The position numbers were made by a program, and so were the translations under genes. Of a stretch of DNA of 43,822 nt, positions 1 to 10,800 are shown in pieces. Origin of the DNA: a virus (Duplodnaviria > Caudoviricetes); IMG/VR virus record IMGVR_UViG_3300014613_000039, positions 1 to 43,822 of that record; one strand, written 5' to 3'. Each line of letters begins with the position of its first letter. Positions within the stretch are counted from its first letter, which is position 1. Below the pieces are notes generated by a model that saw nothing but the letters and a program-made list of their open reading frames with translations, did not search any database and was not told where the DNA came from.

Positions 1-8
1 TCGAGACA

Positions 9-998
9 ATGGCCTATGCCGGGGAAACCCCTTGGCATGGGTTGGGAACGTTTGTCGGGGCGGAAGACGTGTTGAGCCCTGAAATGCTCCAAATGAGTGG
101 GCTGAGTTGGGAGGTCCAACTTCGCCAGATGACCACTACAAGAACAGATGGCTCGCTGGTGGTGGTCCCTAATCACCGTTCAGTGATTAGGGTCACAGAT
201 GGCACCATTCTAGGAGTGGTCGGAAGCACTTATCGTCCACTCCAAAACATGGACGCATTTACTTTTCTCGACTCGTTGGTCGAAGAAGGTTTGATGCGTT
301 ACCATACCGCCGGAAGCTTGCGTGGTGGTCAACGGGTTTGGGTGTTGGCCAAGGTAGCCAACGCAGAGATCGTACCTGGGGATAAACACGACCATTTCAT
401 TTTGTTGTTTAACACTCACGACGGCAGCGGGGCACTTCGTGTGCTCTGGGTAACCGTTCGCGTCGTGTGTGCTAACACAGCACGAGCGGCTTTGGCGCAA
501 GGTAAAAAAGGTTCCGGTGTGTCGATTCGGCACACCAAGAACATGATGAAGCGGGTTAACGAAGCACGTAAGGTGCTAGGGCTGGGTCGTAAGGTCTTCG
601 ATAAGGCGGTTGAGTTTGAGCGAGCTTTGGCTGGAGCCAAAGCTACATACGATATGTGGGAAACTTTCGCCAACGCTCTGATCCCAAACCCAAGTACCAC
701 AACCGCGAAAAGTGGGAATGTCTCTACAAAACGAGCCGAGGCTAAGAGGGAGCTATTGGAGGAGTGCCTTGTTTCTTCGATGGGGCAAGACATTCCCGTA
801 GGGATTAAAGGGTGTCTCGTAAGGGACACCCTATACGGCTTTAGGAATGCCGTGACCAATTACGTTAACTACGAGAAGCAGACTCGTAATAATGAGGGTC
901 AAGGCCAGGAGCTTCGATTCGAGAGTAGTCTCTTTGGGGACTCGGCTCGAATGGTCGAGCAAGCCGATGATCTTCTCGTAGAAATGCTTGCTGCGTAG
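9..998 (+). CDS. DUF932 (TIGR03299 phage/plasmid-like) family protein; true start probably just upstream of the window
   Basis: ETMAYAGETPWHGLG start, Y.PLQN..AF.F.D, TAGSLRGG.RVW, NTHDGS and VRVVCANT are the typical family motifs; the frame is open to the window edge (GAG ACA ATG). Confidence 0.85.
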   Translation: MAYAGETPWHGLGTFVGAEDVLSPEMLQMSGLSWEVQLRQMTTTRTDGSLVVVPNHRSVIRVTDGTILGVVGSTYRPLQNMDAFTFLDSLVEEGLMRYHTAGSLRGGQRVWVLAKVANAEIVPGDKHDHFILLFNTHDGSGALRVLWVTVRVVCANTARAALAQGKKGSGVSIRHTKNMMKRVNEARKVLGLGRKVFDKAVEFERALAGAKATYDMWETFANALIPNPSTTTAKSGNVSTKRAEAKRELLEECLVSSMGQDIPVGIKGCLVRDTLYGFRNAVTNYVNYEKQTRNNEGQGQELRFESSLFGDSARMVEQADDLLVEMLAA

Positions 999-1019
999 AC
1001 ATTTTGATATAGGAACCTT

Positions 1020-1050
1020 AGCCCCCGTGCCTAGCTGTACGGGGGCTTTG
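1020..1050 (+). terminator. GC-rich hairpin after the DUF932 gene, possible intrinsic terminator
   Basis: AGCCCCCGTGC-ctagct-GTACGGGGGCT stem-loop; the U-tract is short (TTTG), so termination may be weak. Confidence 0.55.
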
Positions 1051-1067
1051 GACGTAGGAGGGTACGA

Positions 1068-1442
1068 ATGGCAGCTCGACACGTATATCATAATGCACAC
1101 GTTATGGCTTACATGGATCATGAAGAAGAGGAGATGAGGAAGAGGGTGAGGGTTGCGCTGAAGAAGAAGAGGGTGCGGAGCAAGCCCCTGATTGTGCTCC
1201 ATGAGGATAACCAAGGGTACGCTAGTACCCTGCAAAAAATGGCGCGTTATTGGTGCTATGACATACGAGTAACCAAAGGCGAGGAATCCTACGAGTACGT
1301 TCTGTTTTTAGATGGAACAGATTCGTTCTCGGTACGGAATAAGAAGTATTCCCACAGGCTTCCGTATAAGCCTAACGCTAGCGATGAAATGGTTATATTG
1401 AGGGATCTTCATCAGGAGATCCTCAGACGAATTGATGCTTGA
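1068..1442 (+). CDS. hypothetical protein
   Basis: 124-aa ORF with AGGAGG Shine-Dalgarno 6 nt before ATG. Confidence 0.7.
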   Translation: MAARHVYHNAHVMAYMDHEEEEMRKRVRVALKKKRVRSKPLIVLHEDNQGYASTLQKMARYWCYDIRVTKGEESYEYVLFLDGTDSFSVRNKKYSHRLPYKPNASDEMVILRDLHQEILRRIDA

Positions 1443-1456
1443 TTACTGTCAGAAGG

Positions 1457-1485
1457 CTAGCTGATGAAACGTCTAGCTGATGAAA
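1457..1485 (+). repeat. 13-bp direct repeat CTAGCTGATGAAA x2 (16-bp period), intergenic
   Basis: Exact copies at 1457-1469 and 1473-1485. Confidence 0.8.
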
Positions 1486-1492
1486 GGGAGGA

Positions 1493-1747
1493 ATGATGAT
1501 TATTCGTACAGGGGCAGTTTACGAAACAGATTCCGGGTATGTGTCTCTTGACACGTCCTGGGATCGTCGCGGCTCATGTGGACGGTTTAAGTCCGCTTTC
1601 GTGATCCACGCCGGATCGGCTAGCGAGCTAGCTGAGTTGGTTGTTTCGGAATGGGAAGACCTTTCGATAGAGTCCTTCCCAGCAGCTTTGCAAGGCTGTA
1701 CTGAAGTAACATTGGCGAAAAGACAAATTCTCTTCTCCAAATCCTGA
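1493..1747 (+). CDS. hypothetical protein
   Basis: 84-aa ORF preceded by GGGAGG. Confidence 0.6.
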   Translation: MMIIRTGAVYETDSGYVSLDTSWDRRGSCGRFKSAFVIHAGSASELAELVVSEWEDLSIESFPAALQGCTEVTLAKRQILFSKS

Positions 1748-1808
1748 TCCTTCCCCTTCTGATCTTTCCCCCCTGAAAAAAACTCAACCCAAAAGAAGAG
1801 GTAGTGTC

Positions 1809-1967
1809 ATGGTACGCTTCGCCGGAAAAGTGTTGCTTTGGTCTGCTGTTATCAGCCTATACATCCTCGACAGGATGGGGCTACAGGACGTGATCAATAA
1901 AAAGGTGGATGGAATCAAAGGAAAGAAACGGAGGGTTCCACGAAAGGATGAGCGGCTTATTCACTGA
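1809..1967 (+). CDS. small 52-aa protein with hydrophobic N-terminus and basic tail (not in ORF track)
   Basis: Translated by hand: MVRFAGKVLLWSAVISLYILDRMGLQDVINKKVDGIKGKKRRVPRKDERLIH; GAGG Shine-Dalgarno upstream; overlaps the portal start. Confidence 0.5.
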   Translation: MVRFAGKVLLWSAVISLYILDRMGLQDVINKKVDGIKGKKRRVPRKDERLIH

Positions 1968-2898
1968 GATGTTGAAGGGAGCTTCAGCAACCTTTGATCT
2001 GGTGAAGGCTCGAAAGAATGAGTCATTCACCAATCAGCTTTACAAAGACGGGCGTGGCATGGGTCCAGCCAATGCTCTGATGTTCGATCCCAATCTGTAT
2101 GGATTCGCTGGAACAGTCTACAGAGAAAAGCCATTGGCGATAAACTACGCTTTGATGAATCACATCTTCCATAGGGATTCGCTTATAGCTTCGATCATCA
2201 TTCGCCGTCTCAATCAAGCTGTAACCTTTTCCTACCCTAGAACGCATGAGGAAGCCTCTAGAACGCTTGGTACAGGTTTCCGCTGTATCATGAGGGAAGG
2301 CAATGCGAAGAAGCGCACAAGGGCTGTAGAACGTAGGGAAGATGAGATGAATGAGTTGATCTATTACTGTGCAGATAAAAAGACACCTGGGGAAGATAGA
2401 ATCGAAAAATCGTTTGACCGTTTCATGTGGAAGTTCATTCAAGATCGTTTGGTAATGGATCAGCCCGTAGCTGTCATTGAAGAATCAGCAAAGGGAGGTT
2501 TGCGCCAATTCTTTGCTATCGACGGTTCTACGGTACGGCTTACAGAGTACAAGTCGAAAGACTATAATCGGTATGGTCCTTATGTGCAGGTATTCAATGG
2601 GCAAGTCGTATCTTCGTTTTCTGATGATCAGCTTATGTTCTGTCCGCAGAACCTTTCTACCGAATTATCTCGATTTGGGTATGGCTGCTCGGAATTGGAA
2701 TTCCTTGTTCGTTTATTGATCGCTCATATGGGTATTGATGCGAGTAACGAACGTATGTTCAATCCACATTCAATGCCGAAAGGTATTCTGGTATCTGAGC
2801 AGATTGAAATTACAACGGAGAATATGAAGCAATTAGAATCCCATTGGGCGCAACAGATGTCAGCAGCTAGATCTAGACATCGTATTCCTGTCTTGGGT
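1948..2898 (+). CDS. portal protein, exon 1 (start 1948 or 1909)
   Basis: Portal-like motifs IIIRRLNQ, DRLVMDQ, FFAIDGSTVR, YVQV..G, GYGCSELE, F.P.SMPKGIL; the frame stops just inside the intron. Confidence 0.88.
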
Positions 2899-3048
2899 GT
2901 GTAGGAACGCCCGTAGCTAATGGCGACATTAGCTAAAGTATCAGGCAAAAACGGTGGAACCCTAACGTAGAGTCGAGGGTAATACCGTGGTAACCAAAAG
3001 AAATAAAAGGCTTTTGGTACCGTAGAGCGTAGCAGTTGAAACTATTCC

Positions 3049-3077
3049 TTGACAGTAGATGTCCCTAAAGGTAGCTT
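3049..3077 (+). promoter_or_regulatory. sigma70-type promoter inside the intron, upstream of the endonuclease
   Basis: TTGACA-17 bp-TAGCTT, followed by AGAGG and ATG at 3095. Confidence 0.55.
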
Positions 3078-3094
3078 TTAGTAGAGGTACCATA

Positions 3095-3898
3095 ATGAGG
3101 GATTTAGTAGGGCAAACATTTGGTAGATTAGTAGTTTTGCGTAGAGTAGGATCGGCTAGACATAAGGGTATTCAATGGGAGTGTTTGTGCTCTTGTGGGA
3201 ATATCATAAGTGTGTATTCTACAAGGCTTGTGTCTAAAAAGACTCAATCTTGTGGGTGCATACGTAGAGAGAAGACAATACAGAGATCTTATCGTGGGCC
3301 TAACGAAGTAGATATTGTTGGGTCTATAGCAAAACTATATTTGACAGATGTTTGCGGTAATACTGTCGGTGTTGTTCTACTAGATAAAGAAGATGTGGAT
3401 GTAGTAGCTGAGTATCGTTGGTGTATGAAGAAGTCATTACATACAAATTATGCTTACATACGTAGGCGTGGTTTGAAGACTATCTATATGCACCGTTTAG
3501 TTTTAGCCTTAGATAATCCTAGAGTACATGTCGATCATGTAAATAGGAATGGCTTAGATAACAGGCGTTCTAATCTGAGGTTAGCTACACCATCTGAGAA
3601 TCTCGCCAATAGTAGGTGTAGTGGTGGAGATTCTTCGTATCGAGGTGTTCGTATGATCCGTAAGGATTCGTGGACATCTCGTATAACTAAAGATGGTAAA
3701 GAGATCCACATAGGGTGCTTTACAACACCAGAAGATGCAGCATTGGCGTACAACAAAAAAGCTAAAGAGCTTTTTGGAGAGTTTGCTACGTTGAATGTTG
3801 TGTGTCAGGGAAAGAATATAATACTGCCAAGAGTGTCTGACATCTCATCAAAAACGCGCTTAGAGTCTAAAACTTCGCGTATTAGGAAGGTGAGATGA
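3095..3898 (+). CDS. intron-encoded HNH homing endonuclease with C-terminal AP2 domain
   Basis: DLVGQTFGRL..WECLCSCG..SCGC N-terminal module; MHRLV..VDHVNRNGLDNRRSNLR (HNH); YRGV..W.SRI...G.F.TPEDAALAYN..A..LFGEFA.LN (AP2). Start taken at 3095 on Shine-Dalgarno grounds (track gives 3059). Confidence 0.92.
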   Translation: MRDLVGQTFGRLVVLRRVGSARHKGIQWECLCSCGNIISVYSTRLVSKKTQSCGCIRREKTIQRSYRGPNEVDIVGSIAKLYLTDVCGNTVGVVLLDKEDVDVVAEYRWCMKKSLHTNYAYIRRRGLKTIYMHRLVLALDNPRVHVDHVNRNGLDNRRSNLRLATPSENLANSRCSGGDSSYRGVRMIRKDSWTSRITKDGKEIHIGCFTTPEDAALAYNKKAKELFGEFATLNVVCQGKNIILPRVSDISSKTRLESKTSRIRKVR

Positions 3899-3969
3899 AA
3901 ATGTACGCCGACCTTACGGGAAACCGTAAGAAGTAGGGGATAAAAAGCCCCTACGGTAACAAGTAAGTG

Positions 3970-4608
3970 GTTCCTAAAGGAGGAAAGCTAAACTGGATTA
4001 GTCTACCGCAAGCCACAGATATGGAATTCGGTCGTTTTGTCGATTTCTTTGTGAACGTGGCTTGTGCTCTGTACTTGATGGACCCTGTAGAGATCAACTT
4101 TACCAATCGCGGAGGGCCAGGGCAAAGCTCTGGAGCTATCGGAGGATCTTCAGATTGGGAAGCTCGCCTGACAGCTTCCAAGGATATGGGTCTGAAGAGT
4201 CTGCTAGCCTGGTTTGCTAGGGCTATGAATCGGGAGTTGATGCCGTGGATTGATCCTGAAAACGAGTTTGAGTTTATCTGGGTTGGCTTCGATGCGAAGT
4301 CGGATAAGGAGAAAACAGATCTCCTGAAAGAACAGGTAGCCTCTGTAAAGCTGCTCAACGAGGGAAGAGAAGAATTAGGTTTGAAACCATTGGAACATGG
4401 CGATATTATTCTAAATCCAACGTATACTGGTTACCTTGCTCAAATCCAGCAACAGGAACAGATGGCGCAACAACAGGCTATGGGTGGACAAGGGCTTGAC
4501 AATCCGGGGTTTGACCCTGAAACTGGAGAAGTAGGAGGTGACGATCAATGGAACGAATCGACACCAGGAGGATTACAGGAAGACGAGACATCCGAGGATG
4601 TCTGGTGA
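3970..4608 (+). CDS. portal protein, exon 2
   Basis: DMEF..F......CALY.MDP.EINF, SKDMGL.SLL......N, FEF.W.G.D, LNEGREELGLKPLE.GDIILNP; Q-rich acidic tail. Confidence 0.88.
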   Translation, partial: VPKGGKLNWISLPQATDMEFGRFVDFFVNVACALYLMDPVEINFTNRGGPGQSSGAIGGSSDWEARLTASKDMGLKSLLAWFARAMNRELMPWIDPENEFEFIWVGFDAKSDKEKTDLLKEQVASVKLLNEGREELGLKPLEHGDIILNPTYTGYLAQIQQQEQMAQQQAMGGQGLDNPGFDPETGEVGGDDQWNESTPGGLQEDETSEDVW

Positions 4609-4814
4609 GAGATGTGCGGATCGGCACGATCATCGATCTGTTGCGCGGGGAGCAAGCTCGAAAGGTGCTTTTGGGCACCGATGAGAGCGATTCCTTGGCA
4701 AACGTAGTTGCTGGAGCCTTGCTGGAACAGGCTTCTAAACGATATGGTAAAAATGCCAAGCTCTCCGATGTTCTTCGTGAGCTTGGCGATACAGATAATT
4801 CGATCCACCCGTAA
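4605..4814 (+). CDS. hypothetical 69-aa protein
   Basis: GTG start overlapping the portal TGA (GTGA), GAGGA upstream; it is the 3' part of track ORF 4548..4814. Confidence 0.55.
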   Translation: MRDVRIGTIIDLLRGEQARKVLLGTDESDSLANVVAGALLEQASKRYGKNAKLSDVLRELGDTDNSIHP

Positions 4815-4864
4815 TCACCCCAAAAAACTGTACAACCATATCACAAAGGAGGGATTGATCTATT

Positions 4865-7800
4865 TTGCTTCCTCACCAGTTTTCTAACCCTCACGATAAA
4901 CCTACCAAACTACCCACAGAAGACGCGAAAGAGTACGCTAAGGTAACTATCGGTGTCGCCATTCGGAGCGTTGCCAGGGATTATCTGAGTTATATTGATC
5001 GGCATATCCTTGGACATCTCGGTATCACAGATAAGAAAACAATCGATCAGCTTTCACCAAAGCAGATTGAAGACGTAGCTAACCTTACTCTGAAGTACCT
5101 CAACGAAGCTATCGTGCTTGCTTATCCCAAGGATGACAATCTTCGTAGAGGTGTAAAGCAGCTCCGAGGGTATAATTTCAAAGCTGATCTCATTCAGGAG
5201 ATCAATCGTTGCATTCAAGAAAAGCGTAACAGAGAAATCAAGAACGCTACTGTAGAAGTTGTGGAAGGCGATCCTGTTGCGGTCAATGCTGGAGAGTCTA
5301 TCGCTTATTCAGCTTCATTCGATATGGTGAAGGCTATTACAGCAGAAGAGTATCCTGGTATCGAGTATTACGGTAGGGACTTGGATTCCGATGCTCATCG
5401 CCTGTACGAAGCAGAAGGAACCTTGTTGAAAGGTTTCTTGAGTATCGATCAGGTAAGGGATCTGTGTCCCCTATGTGCTGATGCGATGCTCACCAAAGGT
5501 CTTTCGATGATCGATGCCGATTGGTTGGAACAAACAATGATGCAAAAAGCCAGATCTGATCTTTCTTCTGCTCCTGAAGAATGGGTTATGTATCTGGAGG
5601 ATAATGAACCTAATGTGCTTTGGGAGCTACAAAAAGCGAATCCTGAATTCGATTGTTTGGAAACGTACCACGGTATCAATGAAGCCTATTCGTTACTGTA
5701 CGCTGTTCCAGATGGTATGTCTTGGACGCATGATCTGTACAAAGGCCAGGTAGAAGCTATCTCGGCTTTCTTTGGGTATGATGAAGGGTTGCCTGGTCGA
5801 GAGGTATTAGAGAAGGCAATCAAAGACATTGCTCATTTGCACAAGATTACGAAACAGGTTATGCGGAATGGTAGACCGCATATGCATACGTACTACGTGA
5901 AGAGTGAAGAAGATCAAAAACGGATTCACCATATGGAGCCACATGAACATGAGAAGATTCACGAGTCGTTGTATGATAATTTGCTGCATGATGTTCGTGC
6001 AACCCATGTTGGTGGTACGCATACAATCAATGGTGTGAAGGTAAGTAGGGTTACGGAGCATAATTACGCTATTCATAAGCCAGATGGTACGTACCATTCT
6101 GGACCTAGCCATGATGTCGCAAGCTATATCCATAAAATTAGCCATGATCCAAAGCAAGTAGCAGCTCACGAACGGCACAATCGATCTGAGATCGAAAAGC
6201 TACGTGATCGTAGTCGTGGGGCGTTAGCTGGCAAGCGAGAAGTGAAACCAAGGAAGTCATTGATTGATGCTGTTACAGAGAAAGTTAAACCTAAAAAGAA
6301 GCCTGAAGAGAAGAAGCCTGAAGAGAAGAAAGAAGATACGGGAAAGAAATCTACTCGTTCCAAAGAAGACGTTTTGAAAGACATCGATGATTTACATAGC
6401 ACATACCAGTATTCGGCAGATCACCCTAAAGCTGGTCAGTCGAAACCTGGTAAAAGGCATGTAGCTAATAAGGTTTTGTTGCAGAAATTACATGATGAGC
6501 TTGAAGCTATGGGGCACAGTGAAGAGAAACATGATTTAGGGAAACGCTCTGTAGGACAGCGGAAAGAAGAAAAGAAACCTGATGAGGAAAAGAAACGTGG
6601 TGGTCGAGATAAGTCGGAAGGTATGACTGCTGATGAGGAAAGACAGTTAGAAGAGCTGCATGAGAAGAATAAGAAGCATAAGCCTGAAGAAGAAAAGAAG
6701 AAGCCTGATAAAGAGATGTCTGCTGGGGAAAAGAAAGTATACGATATTGTAGATGGGTTGGAAGTAGGAGAAATTGTAAAGTCGAAAGATGATGAACAGC
6801 GATTTCATATCAAGCGTATTTCAGATGGTGAGAATGGGCAGAAGAGGTATCAGGTAACTGATACACTTACCAGAACATCTCAGATGATTCCTAGTCGTTC
6901 TGGTGTAGCTGCATATGTAGTGAAGGCTTTAGGAGCTGAAAAAGAAGGTGGTGCATACCCTGGTTCTAGGGCAATGACTGATGAAGAAAAGAAAGGTATG
7001 GAGAATAATACTGGTATGGGAATCAACATTGATCGAATCAATGATATTGTCGATGGTAAGGTTGACTCCCATAGAGGATTCGGTATCGAAAAACGTGGTG
7101 ATCATGTCTATGTAGTTCGGAAAGATGGGAACAAGAAAGAGCGTATAATTGTTCCTGGTAAAAATCACCATGACGCTATTGGTAATGCTTTTCAACTAGC
7201 TGATCATCTGGGTAAGGGTCAACGTGAAGGTGAGATAGAAGCTTCACGCAAAGCTATCAAAGATGCTCTGGTAGGGATTGGAGATAAAGATCCACAAGAC
7301 GCTATTGCTCTAATTGGTAAGTTGAAAAGGCAACATTACGGCAATCTCTCGATTGAAGAACGAGCGAAATTGGATGATCTTAGTAAAGCTGCAAAGAAAC
7401 GTAAGCTAGAAGCTGCTGAAAAAGAGATTAAGCACTATGATAATGTTGCTGATTCCGGGATTGGTGATTTGCTTAGAGGTATGCAACCTAATCAGATTAT
7501 TAAGGTGAATGGTATAGAGTTTAAGCTAACTGCGGCTGGTAGATACTCTGTTAATAGAGACTCTATTGCTATGGAGAGCGTTGAAGATGCTATCAAGGCG
7601 TATAAGAAGGTTGTAGCTTATATTAATCGTTCAGTACAGAAACCGAAAGAACCTGAAGAAGTAGAGAAACCTAAGTTTGCGATTGGTGAGGAAGTTGTTT
7701 TGGGTATCGGTCATGGTAGCGGTGTTGTGAAGGGGTACACGGAAGATGGTAATGTAATAATCGTAAAGCCAGGAATTCTTAGAAGAACAGAAACAGTATA

Positions 7801-10800
7801 TGTACCACCGTGGCAAGTGAAAAAGAAGGAAGTTGCGAAGGAAGCTGTTGAGGAAGTAGTCAAGGAAGCTATCAAAGATAAGAAAGAAGCGACACTGGAA
7901 GACCTGAAGAAAGAGTTTACTGATCTGCACAACAAGTATCGTGGGAAAAAGGGACCAAGAGCTAAAGCTGATCGAAACAGGCATACGGAGCTTTTGCAGG
8001 AACTAGAAAAGCATGGAGAGCGCATTGACCCGAAAACTAAGATTGGTAACCATAAGGGATTTGAAGCCAAGGTAGATCCTGAAAAGGTGAAGAGTGCTAT
8101 TTCCAATCTTACCGAAATCCAGAAAAAGCACCATGAAGGGATTATGGAACTGACCCCATTACATACCTATGAGTATGGAGAAGGTCGAGTTATGATGATC
8201 GGCGCGAATAAGTACAAGGTGTATCTCGCCAACGATCCCAAGAGCGTTGTTGTGACAGATAACCCTGTATCGGCTGCTATCGAGCTATCCGCAAAGCGTA
8301 CACCAAAGCCTGAACAAGCTCCTGAAGAGCCCAAGAGAAAGCCTGGTGACCCATTGACGTCAGATCAACAGAGAGCTTTAGACGAGCTACACGAGCGCAA
8401 TAAGAAGCACAAGCCTGAAGATGTGAAGGAACCTAGGACGAAGAAGCCTGAAGAGAAGAAAGAATCGAGTAATTACTCTCTCGACAAGCATAATGAAGCT
8501 AGAGAATCTGGAAAGAGGCTCGAAAGGCTTCGTGATATCTACAAGAGAGATGGAGATTTGAGCGTTATTCAACGTGGTAAATACGAGAAGTTGCACAATG
8601 CTGTAAGTGAATGGAACAAGAGCGGAGCTATCCTCGATAGACATAGGGTTGATGCTGGTCAGTCATTGGATGATTTGGTTGGTGGTGGGAAGTCAAGTCT
8701 TGAAGAAAGAAAAGCTAAATTAGCTGCTGAAAGAAAGCAAGCTCGTGAAGATGAAAAGAAGCATGTTGAAGATCATGTTAAGCGTGAAGAGAAGAAAGAG
8801 ACTAAAGGTAGAAGGATTACTGTTACATCAACTAATGTTGTTAATCGTACAACAGCGAACATAGCTGATTTAGCTGCTGATTATAAGGCGCGTGGTATGG
8901 GTAAGCGAGATGCTTTTAATGAGTTTGTGAAAGATCGTTCTTTGAAACCTGATATAGATGCTAGTGCTTTTTATAAGGTGTTTGAAAGTGTTTCTCCTAG
9001 TGTTTTACCATCGAATACTAAAACTAGGGAAGTTGATTTTATTCCTACTCATACACGAGTATCTGATGGTTCTAGTGTTATGGCTGAACCAGCTAATGAG
9101 TATGGTATAACTCGTGTTATTACGCAACATGGTAAAGAAGAAAGTGATCATGAGTCTAACTTGAAAAGTATAGATAGTGGAACAAAGATTTCTGAAGAAC
9201 CCAAGAGAAAGCCGGGAGATCCTTTGACTGCTGATCAACAAAGAGCTTTGGATGAATTGCACGAGAAGAATAAGAAGAATCATCCTGAAGCTATTTCGCG
9301 GAAGTCGGATATCGAAACGGATAAACGGTACACTGTTTGGCACAAGGTTGGAGATAATTGGTTAGTAGAACGGTCGATGTATGGACCTGGAGCACAGGAA
9401 GTATTCGATAAAGAAGTAACGGCTACTGTGGACAGTACACGTCCGTATGCGTTGTTCGAGCATGGATTTGACCCGAATAAAAAAGATGAGTCTGATTTGT
9501 CGAAGAAGCCGGTTCATGCGATGTCTTTGGAAGAAGCTAGAACAGATCGTGAAGCTTTGAACAGAATTGGTAAGGCTAATTACTCTGGTAATTTTGACAA
9601 GAGAGACAGTGAGCTTAGAAGCCATATCAATTATCTGGAAGACAAAGCTAGGGTACCGCAAACACTGAGCCACAAAGAAGCTACTGATATAGTCGAAGGT
9701 TTGAAGCCTGGACAGAGTAGAGCTGTAGAGATGAAGGGTTTCACATTCCATATCGGAAGACGGGATGATGGTACATATTATATCGGTAAGGGTCTGGAGG
9801 TATCTGGAGGTATGCCTGATTACAAGAATACTGGTGGGATGCCGAATATGGGCAAGGATCGCTTGATTTCTGATTTGCGGTATTATTCACGAGAAGATCA
9901 TACAGAGCGTAATATGGCTTTGATTGAAAGTATGAAGAAGAATGAGACGCTCGCAGAGCATATGCCGAAATTCCATGATTTCAGAAAAAAGATTTCTGAA
10001 ATGGTTTATAACAACTACAAGAGCGGAAAACAATACTCTCGTGATGATGTGAAGGATCTTCATAGTAAGCTTTCTTCTTTGATGGATGAGATCAAACCAG
10101 CTTTGGATCACGTAGGGTCTGATGAAAGATACAAAAGAAACGGTCAAGATCCTGTAGGTAGTATTAGGGAAGCCTTAGCAGCTTTGGAGGTAGGTAGAAC
10201 ACGTAAAGCTGATTGGAATGGTATGATAGATCACGCTAATACTTTGTTGCGAAACGCTACAAGAGCCATGGATAAGCATTTACCGCATGAAGCCAAGACT
10301 TCTTTGAAGCATCATTTGGAAGCTTTGAAGGATATGTATAACGGTATGGAACGAGATGTTCATGGTGTGAAAGTAGAGCGAACAGAAACAGGGTATAGAA
10401 TTGGTAACAATAATTACTCGAATATCGAACAAGTAAAAGCTCATGTCAATGGCGCTATTTTAGGACATGATGAAGATCGTATATCTGATGCTGTAGCGAG
10501 GGTTTCAGATAGAATAGAGCATAATCCAGGGCATGTTGATGAGACGTATAGTGATATGTTGAACAAAGAGAATTGGGATAAGTCGAAGTCGTTGAGAATA
10601 GCGAAAGATGTTGCTCAACATATGTTTAATAGTATTAATAAAACAGATATGCCTGAGAGCACAAAAGCTGAAGCTAGGGATGTGTTGAAGGTGTATGGTA
10701 AAATGATTTCGGAAGGATACCAGGGTATGAATAATATGACTCCTGAAGAGCACGCACATACTATAGCTAACATTGTAAAACAGTACGATAGCTTGAAGAG

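Larger units (their letters stand above)
2899..3969 (+). ncRNA. group I self-splicing intron in the portal gene
   Basis: P1: exon GGGU pairs with intron GCCC, with a U.G wobble at 2898. P10: UAGGAAC pairs with exon-2 GUUCCUA. P2: TAGCTAATG-GCGA-CATTAGCTA. P3: TCAGGC/GTCTGA. P7: GAGCGTA/TACGCC. P8: CATCTCA/TGAGATG. P9: CTTACGG-GAAA-CCGTAAG. Terminal G at 3969. Removal restores the frame (RIPVLG|VPKGGKL). Confidence 0.92.

Noticed and set aside
1461-1490. CTGATGA...GAAA resembling a hammerhead ribozyme core
   Set aside because: No convincing stems I-III or cleavage triplet; explained by the direct repeat.
1909-4608. Portal as a pseudogene or two separate genes
   Set aside because: A complete group I intron structure restores a single reading frame.
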